From IMG/VR virus record IMGVR_UViG_3300032220_000751: a DNA stretch of 23,123 nucleotides; one strand, written 5' to 3'. This DNA is from a virus (Duplodnaviria > Heunggongvirae > Uroviricota > Caudoviricetes). Position 1 is the first letter of the stretch; each line of letters begins with the position of its first letter. This document shows positions 8,166 to 15,876 of the stretch, piece by piece. The position numbers were made by a program, and so were the translations under genes. The notes beneath the pieces are model-generated. The model was not told where the DNA came from, did not search any database, and worked only from the letters and a program-made list of their open reading frames with translations.

Positions 8166-8636
8166 ATGCTGAATGGTTCTGTAAATGGTTTTATCGTCGA
8201 AGTCAGTCTGGAGGAGTATCCGGAATATGGCAAGAAGTATTTGCGTATTCACGATCTTCGTCAGGCAGAAAGCTATTTCGACTTCGACATGGTCGACAAT
8301 GCTTTCGATGGCATCTCGACCAATCCGGAAGTCTCTTACAACTTCTGGATGATGGCCCGCAACGTGTACCGTGAGCAAGTAAGTGAGTTGATTGCCAAGG
8401 CATTCAACACGTCTCTCGGCACAGCCCGCCTTCCGATTCGTTTCCGTTTCCTGCGTCTGGCCGGTACCATCGATGACATGAAGGTGATCAAGCTGCGTAG
8501 CGCGCTGGCAGATGCGTTCATATCCAGCGATTCTCGCCCGCTGTCCATCATCATCGAAGAAATCCCCACTAAATTCGATCTGTCGTATCTGATGACAGCT
8601 GACATCAACCACACCAACTTCCTCGAACTGGACTGA
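8166..8636 (+). CDS. hypothetical protein (156 aa)
   Basis: GGAG RBS; co-oriented. Confidence 0.75.
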   Translation: MLNGSVNGFIVEVSLEEYPEYGKKYLRIHDLRQAESYFDFDMVDNAFDGISTNPEVSYNFWMMARNVYREQVSELIAKAFNTSLGTARLPIRFRFLRLAGTIDDMKVIKLRSALADAFISSDSRPLSIIIEEIPTKFDLSYLMTADINHTNFLELD

Positions 8637-8650
8637 AAAGGAGCACAGAA

Positions 8651-8905
8651 ATGGGTTATGAAACTACCCGAACGGGTATTCGCAACTTTACCCCGGATGA
8701 TGATGACGATACCATGTGGATCGAAGCACACTACACGGGAATCGACATCGAGACCATCCTGGTCAAGGCCAAAGCCAAGTGGCCTGATGTCACGCCCGAA
8801 CAGATCAGTATCCAGGCTGAACATGTGCATACCTCGTACCTGGGCTACGACCGCTACGATCCGGGCGACCACACGAACTACCTGAGAATCACCCGCATCA
8901 AGTGA
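8651..8905 (+). CDS. hypothetical protein (84 aa)
   Basis: AAAAGGAG RBS; C-ending codon bias. Confidence 0.8.
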   Translation: MGYETTRTGIRNFTPDDDDDTMWIEAHYTGIDIETILVKAKAKWPDVTPEQISIQAEHVHTSYLGYDRYDPGDHTNYLRITRIK

Positions 8906-8929
8906 TCAAGAAGTAAAAAGGAGAGTATC

Positions 8930-9994
8930 ATGAGTGAAAGCAATCCACGCAACAAGGAAAGCTACATCGCGCTGGATGTCACGCCGGACACGCTTTCGGG
9001 CAACCTGTGGCGCATCCTGCCAGACGCTACACCGTTGCAGCATCAAGTCCTGCGCACTTTCATCACAGGCTTTGTCACCTTCTTTAAGCTCTATGTCAAC
9101 TATTTGGTTGCCGCAGACTATCCGGATTCCCCCATCCGGATGAAGGCTAAGCTGTCGACGACTCCCACAGATGGATCGGTCTATCTGGCTGTGGTGGGTC
9201 ACGACGAGGTGGAGTACATGAAGATCACTGTCACCAAGGATACCATTAACCAACATGGCATCGGTGAAGGTGGTCAGATCAGACTCTACCAGAACCCCAA
9301 GAACCGGGATAAGCAGGTACTGAAAGCTTACTCGGGATTACCAAAAGGCTGGGACGTCACAGGCGTCTATCAGAAGGTGCGTGACATTACCTTCGAGATG
9401 ATGGCCATCTTCAAAGCACAGGGTCTGTATTCGCGTATTAACCGTACCGGAGAAGACCGTGTTCTTTTGGAGGTGTCGTATCGTCAAAAGCCGGTCAATG
9501 TCAACTCACTGATGAAAGGAGAGCAAATGTTGCACACCGACATGAACTCATCCGAACCAGTCAACGAGTTCCATGAGGCTCGCCGTGCCAGTGCTGATTT
9601 CCGGCGCTCAGAGTGCTACCACAAGCTGTTACCCAAGTCCAGCGTGCGCATTCAGCTGCAACCTACGCTGATTCCCTTGGGTGATGTTCCGGTGAAGGAC
9701 AAGGCCACGAAGGAAGGTCGTGATGCCAATATCGATCAGACGATGATGTCAGAAGAAATCATTCGTCGTGCTATCGATAGCGGTGACGAAGTCGTGCAGC
9801 CGGTTGTGGAAGAAAGTACGGCAGTTGTCGATGATACGAAGGGGTTGGCTTTGGCTATTCTGAAGGGCGTGATGGACATCGTCCAGAACAATACGGCGTT
9901 GGGGTTGCCCTCTAACGTCATGCCTGAAAAGATGAACCTGAAGAACCCTCTGAAAGCCATCGTCAAGTGGGGCTTGAAGTTGAAGTTCGGTTAA
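8930..9994 (+). CDS. hypothetical protein (354 aa), immediately upstream of the Tas-like gene
   Basis: AAAAGGAG RBS; long ORF; no motif recognised. Confidence 0.8.
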   Translation: MSESNPRNKESYIALDVTPDTLSGNLWRILPDATPLQHQVLRTFITGFVTFFKLYVNYLVAADYPDSPIRMKAKLSTTPTDGSVYLAVVGHDEVEYMKITVTKDTINQHGIGEGGQIRLYQNPKNRDKQVLKAYSGLPKGWDVTGVYQKVRDITFEMMAIFKAQGLYSRINRTGEDRVLLEVSYRQKPVNVNSLMKGEQMLHTDMNSSEPVNEFHEARRASADFRRSECYHKLLPKSSVRIQLQPTLIPLGDVPVKDKATKEGRDANIDQTMMSEEIIRRAIDSGDEVVQPVVEESTAVVDDTKGLALAILKGVMDIVQNNTALGLPSNVMPEKMNLKNPLKAIVKWGLKLKFG

Positions 9995-10086
9995 AGCAAG
10001 AAGACGGCTGGTGAGCATAGGAGCAAACCAGCCAGCGTTACCATAAACCACTTTTAATGTGTAGTACAATCAAAAAGGATGCAATT

Positions 10087-11190
10087 ATGTCGAACGATAC
10101 CGAAAACAAGATGACCATGGAAGACATGGATGATGCCATCGAAGCCGATGATCTGATTCAAGAACAACGCCACATCCCGGACTCTGTCCTGGACGCCACG
10201 ATGGGCAAGCTGAACAAGGACATCAAGTCCGCAGCACTGAACCTGAACGTGCAAGAAGCTCGCTTCCTGGTCGACCAGTACTACTCCATGCAGAAGCAGC
10301 GTATCGGTAACGGTCAACGCGCCCTGGCCCTGTCCAAGACCAACGAACCCAACCTGGTGTTCGATCACCTGGGCAACGGCTTCCAGATGCTGGAAGACCA
10401 AGTCAAGAAGACCCTCGAAATCTTCGCGACTTCGCACTACATCGGCCGTTACATGATGTCGATCCGTGGTATCGGTCCGGTCATCGCCGCTGGTCTCATC
10501 GCCTACATCGGCGACATCTCCGCATGCCCGACGGTCGGTCACATCTGGGCCTACGGTGGCTATGATCCCAAGCGCAAGTGGATCGGTGCCACTGCGGCTG
10601 AGCGTACTTTCAAGGAAGCTTCGGCTACCACGGAAGATCTGCGTGAAATCGCGGCCATGATCGCTGAAGAAATCGGGACTTCCCGTGAGAACTTCTTCAA
10701 GCAGGTCGAGAACGCCGGTGGTTTCACCAAGGCCAACGTCATCTCGGTCGGCTCGCGCCGTCCGTGGAACGCCAAGCTGAAGGTGTTGTTCTGGAAGATC
10801 GGTCAGTCGTTCCTGAAGCAGCCCGCAGACAAGTGCCTGTATCGTGAAATCTACGATGCGCGCAAAGCCTACGAGCATGCCAAGAACGCCAAGGGCGAGT
10901 ACGCAGAAGAAGCCGCGCGCCTGCTGTCCGAGAAGAACTATGGCAAGACCACCGAGGCTTACAAGGCCATGATCCAAGGTCGTCTGTCCGATGGTCACAT
11001 CCATGCTCGCGCTTGCCGTTACGCTACCAAGATGTTCCTGTCCCACATCCATCAAGTGTGGTGGGAACACGTGACCAAGACCCCGGCTCCCAAGCCGTTC
11101 GCCATCGCTCAACTGGAACACGCGCACTTCATCGAGCCGCCTTTCTTCGCCGACGACCCCAAGGACGTCAAGAAGTACGGCAACCGCTAA
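10087..11190 (+). CDS. tasA: IS110/Nop-domain RNA-guided protein lacking a nuclease domain (TasA-like, TIGR-associated)
   Basis: Coiled-coil LVDQYYSMQKQRIG; Transposase_20/Nop-like MSIRGIGPVIAAGLIAYIGDISACPTVGHIWAYGGYDP; RPWNAKLKVLFWKIGQSF; YREIYDARKAYE; HIHARACRYATKMFLSHI. No N-terminal DEDD RuvC domain and no IS110 catalytic SG motif. Directly followed by a 36-nt dual-repeat array. Start 10087 is chosen from the AAAAGGA RBS (the track starts at 10057). The symbol refers to TIGR-associated TasA, not the Bacillus biofilm protein. Confidence 0.8.
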   Translation: MSNDTENKMTMEDMDDAIEADDLIQEQRHIPDSVLDATMGKLNKDIKSAALNLNVQEARFLVDQYYSMQKQRIGNGQRALALSKTNEPNLVFDHLGNGFQMLEDQVKKTLEIFATSHYIGRYMMSIRGIGPVIAAGLIAYIGDISACPTVGHIWAYGGYDPKRKWIGATAAERTFKEASATTEDLREIAAMIAEEIGTSRENFFKQVENAGGFTKANVISVGSRRPWNAKLKVLFWKIGQSFLKQPADKCLYREIYDARKAYEHAKNAKGEYAEEAARLLSEKNYGKTTEAYKAMIQGRLSDGHIHARACRYATKMFLSHIHQVWWEHVTKTPAPKPFAIAQLEHAHFIEPPFFADDPKDVKKYGNR

Positions 11191-11204
11191 TTTAGCGGCA
11201 TAAG

Positions 11205-11226
11205 GGGCTAGGGTTTCCCCTAGCCC
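11205..11226. terminator. hairpin between the Tas-like gene and the array
   Basis: GGGCTAGGG-TTTC-CCCTAGCCC. No T-tract on the + strand; on the - strand it is followed by TTATGCCG. A second inverted repeat, CCGCTAA-T-TTAGCGG, spans the stop codon (11184-11198). Confidence 0.55.
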
Positions 11227-11248
11227 TATGGTATCCTGCACAATCGAT

Positions 11249-13668
11249 AGTATCATCACCGACGTGTGAGTCAGTCTTACAGTCAGTATCAAAGTTAAAG
11301 TACGAATCTACGGAAGAAACAGTATCGATGAGTGTAAATGAACCTAAATGCCAATCAGTATCATACTAGGTTAGTGAGTCCTGAGTGAGGGACAGTATCA
11401 ATGTAGTAAAACGATCCATCCAAAAGCACAGTATCAGCTAATGTGTGAGAAACATGTTTGATAAGTGTACCACAACTAACGTTTGAATCTAAATATCAAA
11501 CAGTAACATATCGAATGTGTGAACCAACACTCGATTGAGTACCATAACGAATGTGTGAACCGATAGACCATACAGTATCAGAACACCCGTTTGAGTCTTT
11601 TAGTCCAACAGTAACTTAACGATAGATCGAATCAAGCTGGATAAAGTACCGTATAGCCGGGATGAATCAAGCCAATGATCAGTATCAATGTTGAGAAATG
11701 AACCCAGCCGTCAGTTAGTATCTAAAGAATTGCGTGAACCTTTATAACAGGGAGTATCAAGATTATGGAGTGAATCCAATCCGGCGATCAGTATCAAAAG
11801 AAGTAGGTGAGCCACGCCTTCAGCTAGTAACAATGTCTTTAGTCGAACCAGAGATTGTAACTGTATCAGAGTCCGAGAGTGAATCTAGGCCCATAACAGT
11901 ACCATATCGGATATATGAACCGAAAACCAAATCAGTATCGAGAACAGTGAGTGAAACAGAACAAGTCGGAGTACCAAGGTGAAGTATTGAACCAACATAC
12001 GCGTAGAGTATCAAGATGCCTGTGTGAACCCCGGCCCTTGTGAGTACCTTAAGTGGTAAGTGAATCAGCAACGAAGTCAGTATCATCCCACTTGTGTGAG
12101 TCATATGCGCTGTTAGTATCAAAATCTCCAACGAGTCATTTTTATAGTCAGTATCTATCTATCTGTGCGAGCCACTATCGCCGTCAGTAACAGCTATGCC
12201 GTGCCAATCCCAGTAACGGACAGTATCTCATTGTAAGCGTGAACCTTAGAAGTGAGCAGTATCAGGCAAGAGTAGTGAATCGTTTCACAGGACTGTATCA
12301 ATAAAAGTGTATGAACCAGTACATGTTGTCAGTACCAAGATGAAATGGTGAGCCATTGAGACGAGTAGTATCGTAGCGTTGAAGTGAAACAATTTTGGTA
12401 ACAGTACCGTAAAATACGGTTGAATCTTTGTGCCAGAGCGTATCAAGCATCCAAGTATGAACCGCTGAAACAGTCAACATCATGAGTGATTTGTGAATCT
12501 TGAGATGAGGCAGTATCAATAAATGTAAATGAACCGATGAATTTGTCAGTATCTTAATCTGAACGTGAAACATTAGAGCGTCAGTACCTTATAATGCATT
12601 TGAAACAGGCGGAATAACGGTATCTTAGGGAACGTTTGAACCCATGATTTGAATAGTTCCGTTGTTGATCAGTGAATCAATGCGATAGTCTGTATCTTCC
12701 AATTTGAATGAACCACGCTTGACATCAGTACCATCACAAAAGGGTGAATCCAATAGCCCCAGCGTATCGTAGATGCAGCATGAATCATGTGCAAGTAGGA
12801 GTGCCATAATGACATAATGAAACACGTACCGCAAGAGTACCTCACTATTAGATTGAGTCAGCATTGCGACAGTATCGACAGTCCCGCATGAACCGCCTCA
12901 TTAGTTAGTATCGTAGAGCTAGTGTGAGTCATCACGTACATCAGTATCGTCGATTTAATACGAACCTTTTAGAGAGCAGTATCTTAGTGCATCAGTGAAC
13001 CTCCCGAAGGCGATAGTATCATTATAATCGCTTGATCCTCTTAGCCTGTCAGTACCACCACAATGGAGTGAACCAACCATCCTGTCAGTATCGTTAAAGA
13101 AGCGTGAATCGTGTTCCCTGTCAGTGCCATTATTATAGTTTGAACCTCTCTTTTCGTCAGTAACTTATCATGGGTGTGAACCAACTACGTGAACAGTACC
13201 ATATGGTGAATGTGAAACTGGCTAGCTGTCAGTAACATATCAAATGCTTGAATCAGATTTATCGATAGTATCGTTGATTTAGTTTGAACCGCGAAGATTG
13301 AAGGTGTCATTATTCACAAGTGAACCAGATATTGCATTAGTATCATAAAGTCGAGGTGAAACAAGGTTTTAGTCCGTACCTTATGGATAGTTTGAAACTA
13401 TGTGCGCGACAGTATCTTTAAGCTTAATTGAACCACGGATTCTGTCAGTATCTTGAGAAAGAGGTGAAACTTCGCTGGAAACAGTATCGTAATAACAAAT
13501 TGAAACAGTGTCGGAAAGAGTACCATTTATCTTGTTTGAACCCCTAGAGCCGTCAGTTTCATTATGTTGACGTGAACCGCGAGCCTAGTTAGTAACATAT
13601 CAGAGATGTGAACCAGCCAAGCAGTTAGTATCTTCAATGAAGTGTGAAACATTTTACTTGTCAGTATC
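11249..13668 (+). repeat. TIGR-like dual-repeat guide-RNA array: 67 units of ~36 nt plus a terminal box
   Basis: Parsed by hand as [AGTATC-like box]-12 nt-[TGAACC-like box]-12 nt, e.g. AGTATC atcaccgacgtg TGAGTC agtcttacagtc AGTATC. First-to-last box A spans 2414 nt = 67x36+2 (seven 37-nt and five 35-nt units). Box A is exactly AGTATC in 34/68 copies and every box ends in C. The 3 nt before each box are semi-conserved (GTC, GTG), giving ~9-nt repeats and ~9-nt variable spacers. The transcribed strand is inferred from the flanking genes. Confidence 0.9.
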
Positions 13669-13709
13669 TCAATATCAGATTGCAAGAAATTACAACAAGG
13701 AGAAGTATT

Positions 13710-14084
13710 ATGAACATCATCAAAGCCATCAAGACTGTCGGTGCAGTAGCGATATTCTTTGTAGCAGCGTTCATCGCCCCTCATGAGGCTGATGCACGTA
13801 CTACGGACGAGTTTACCATTCCGGTCATTGGGAAGACCGACGATGGTAAGTACTCTCGCTTCGACCTCGAAGGAGATCTGGAAGACATCAAGTGGTTCAC
13901 CAACACCACCAACTATGTCTATACCAGCGGGGATCTCCTGGTGCGTCTTCCCTTCATCAAGAAGGAAGATATCGATAAGGGTACCTACGTATGCAAATTT
14001 GTCTGCAAGGACAAAGAGGGATACATCGTGGGTCAACCTGAATCCAACCGCGTATATCTGAAAATGCGCAATAAAGCACCATAA
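13710..14084 (+). CDS. hypothetical protein with N-terminal signal peptide/TM (124 aa)
   Basis: AAGGAG RBS favours ATG 13710 (the track start 13644 lies inside the array); MNIIKAIKTVGAVAIFFVAAFIAPHEADA is signal-peptide-like. Confidence 0.8.
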   Translation: MNIIKAIKTVGAVAIFFVAAFIAPHEADARTTDEFTIPVIGKTDDGKYSRFDLEGDLEDIKWFTNTTNYVYTSGDLLVRLPFIKKEDIDKGTYVCKFVCKDKEGYIVGQPESNRVYLKMRNKAP

Positions 14085-14089
14085 GCTAA

Positions 14090-14108
14090 GCAGGACGATA
14101 GTTCCTGC
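14090..14108 (+). terminator. short hairpin, possible terminator
   Basis: GCAGGA-CGATAGT-TCCTGC followed by ACTTATGCCC. Confidence 0.4.
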
Positions 14109-14144
14109 ACTTATGCCCTCAATTACTGTATCAGGGGAGTAAAC

Positions 14145-14399
14145 ATGCCCATCATCACGTGGCTTGAAAAGGTCATCTTAGCATTGGATGTAAGTCCGAT
14201 GTGGATGCTGAGTATTTTCATTTTCGTCATCCAGATGGTAGCAGTCATACTTGCAGGAGCAATCTTCTTCGGATGGTTGTTCCGTGACTGGATTGCAGCT
14301 GCCATGGGTGAAACTTATAGCGAATACAAACGTCGCTTTAAGTTTGGCTATTTCCGCCACCGACGCCTGACTAAAGGCACTCGTATCAAACAACGTTAA
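14145..14399 (+). CDS. small membrane protein (84 aa)
   Basis: GGGGAG RBS; long hydrophobic segment and basic tail. Confidence 0.7.
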   Translation: MPIITWLEKVILALDVSPMWMLSIFIFVIQMVAVILAGAIFFGWLFRDWIAAAMGETYSEYKRRFKFGYFRHRRLTKGTRIKQR

Positions 14400-14421
14400 A
14401 ATCAGAAAGGCAAATACCACT

Positions 14422-14793
14422 ATGACCACCGCCATCGTTCAGAAGGAAGTTAACATGCTGACCCATCAAGCAGAAATCAAGATGCTGAAGGCTGTCTTCA
14501 GCTTGCTGTTCAAGATCAACATGGAACGTTCGGTCGACACGCTGATGGACGATCTGCAGGATCCGCAATACATGGTTCCGGCTCTCGCCACGTTGCGCGA
14601 CACCACGGAAAACGACTTCCTGCTCAAGCAGACTGACATCATCCACTGGTCGCTCCAGTACCTGATTCAAGAAGTCGGCAAGCCGTCGGTGGATGCACCG
14701 TACATCAGCACGCTGTCGGGTGACGGCATGGTTGCAGCACAAGCAGCCATCGCACACCTGAACCAGAAGGTCATCAAGACTCTGGCGGCATAA
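14422..14793 (+). CDS. hypothetical helical protein (123 aa)
   Basis: AAAGG RBS; codon bias like its neighbours. Confidence 0.75.
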   Translation: MTTAIVQKEVNMLTHQAEIKMLKAVFSLLFKINMERSVDTLMDDLQDPQYMVPALATLRDTTENDFLLKQTDIIHWSLQYLIQEVGKPSVDAPYISTLSGDGMVAAQAAIAHLNQKVIKTLAA

Positions 14794-14801
14794 TGCCAAG
14801 T

Positions 14802-14939
14802 GTAGGTGATGTGTATTCCAAATAATCGAGAATACATATCACCTACTTGATTATAGATAGAAATATCTGTAGCGATGTCCACTTCTCCTCTTAATCTAAG
14901 AGCAGGGTAGGCTTACGCTTATCTTGCTCTTAGATTAGG
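14802..14939. other. two long tandem hairpins in a 190-nt intergenic region
   Basis: 14802-14846: 17-bp stem GTAGGTGATGTGTATTC/GAATACATATCACCTAC. 14890-14939: ~23-bp stem (several G:U) with a TTAC loop. Confidence 0.65.
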
Positions 14940-14983
14940 GGGATATATACCCTATCTTTTCTTTTTGCCCTCAGGAGATAACC

Positions 14984-15130
14984 ATGGACCTCATCTATGA
15001 CTTCATCAAAGAAAACCCGGTCTTAGCCGTACTGTCGTACTGGACGATCGCTGGTATCGCGTTTGCGATCTGGGCGATCAAGTGCACACGTCGAGAAGAC
15101 AACGAAAAGAAGAAACACACCGAAGGCTAA
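14984..15130 (+). CDS. 48-aa single-TM peptide (not in ORF track)
   Basis: AGGAG RBS; MDLIYDFIKENPVLAVLSYWTIAGIAFAIWAIKCTRREDNEKKKHTEG. Confidence 0.7.
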   Translation: MDLIYDFIKENPVLAVLSYWTIAGIAFAIWAIKCTRREDNEKKKHTEG

Positions 15131-15186
15131 AAAGCCTATCTACAATAATTGCAGTATCTATTTATCCTAACTAATGGAGAATCACC

Positions 15187-15543
15187 ATGAAAGCAATCCA
15201 CAACTTCTACATCTACTCCACCGTCATTTCCCTGGTGGCAATTCAACTGGCCGGCGTGTACTACAACAGCAAGCTCTACGCTGAAGTGCATGCATTCGTT
15301 GCCAAGTGGAACATCTTGGCTCATCCCTCCCACTACAAGAAGGTCTACACGTCGTACTCCATCGTCGGCTGGACGATCCTCTCGTTCATCCCGTTCATCA
15401 ACCTCTTAGCAGCACTGTTTGTACCCTGCTGGTTCTACGTCACCTACAGCACGGAGAAAGACCGGATGTCGGGTATCGAACTCGGTACCGCTCATGACAT
15501 CCGTCTGTCCGCCCTTCTCGAAGGACTGGATCAACCCGCCTAA
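15187..15543 (+). CDS. membrane protein, 2 TM (118 aa)
   Basis: GGAG RBS; two hydrophobic segments (…WTILSFIPFINLLAALFVPCWF). Confidence 0.75.
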   Translation: MKAIHNFYIYSTVISLVAIQLAGVYYNSKLYAEVHAFVAKWNILAHPSHYKKVYTSYSIVGWTILSFIPFINLLAALFVPCWFYVTYSTEKDRMSGIELGTAHDIRLSALLEGLDQPA

Positions 15544-15564
15544 ACCATAAGAAAGGATTTACAT

Positions 15565-15861
15565 ATGTTCGATTTCTTATGGACTAGCTTTTTGGGATGC
15601 GTCGTTATCGCAGCGTCCATTGATGCACGGCAGCATCATTTGGTCAATCGCTTCGATGGACGCATCGACAAGAAGTTACTGCGTCAAGCCGATAACCCCA
15701 TGATTGATTCGATGGAATGCAATTGTATTTTCGTGTTGTTCTGTCAATACTTTCCTGTGTGGAATATCATTTACTCGTGGAAGCGTTTGACGCGGGTAAA
15801 GCTGAAACTCAAACGCTATCAACGCATGTTGGATGATATCGACATGTCTAATCGAAACTAA
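15565..15861 (+). CDS. membrane protein (98 aa)
   Basis: AAAGGA RBS; two hydrophobic segments (…CQYFPVWNIIYSW), loosely similar in layout to the upstream gene. Confidence 0.65.
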   Translation: MFDFLWTSFLGCVVIAASIDARQHHLVNRFDGRIDKKLLRQADNPMIDSMECNCIFVLFCQYFPVWNIIYSWKRLTRVKLKLKRYQRMLDDIDMSNRN

Positions 15862-15876
15862 ATAAGAGGTGTAATT

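Noticed and set aside
10057-11190. Active IS110/IS1111 insertion sequence transposase
   Set aside because: Only the C-terminal/Nop-like half is recognisable. There is no DEDD RuvC domain and no catalytic SG motif, and the adjacent non-coding DNA is a 67-unit periodic array rather than a single bridge-RNA end.
11734-12864. ORFs inside the array (11734+, 11820-, 12298-, 12625-)
   Set aside because: No RBS; the pseudo-repetitive peptides are by-products of the 36-nt period, and frames are broken by stops and +/-1 register shifts.
11249-13668. CRISPR array
   Set aside because: Conserved elements are only ~6-9 nt and alternate between two types; variable parts are ~9-12 nt; no cas genes are present.
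11249-13668. Iteron/origin or simple satellite repeat
   Set aside because: The intervening segments are almost all unique while spacing is tightly kept, unlike iterons or satellites; adjacency to a Nop-domain gene is better explained by a guide array. A DNA-level role is not formally excluded.
13527-14061. ORFs 13527- and 13783+, and the 13644 start of the downstream gene
   Set aside because: Shadow frames over the array end or the real gene; the RBS supports ATG 13710.
14802-14939. tRNA or transposon terminal inverted repeats
   Set aside because: No cloverleaf, T-loop or CCA features; the two hairpins are unrelated in sequence and enclose no transposase.
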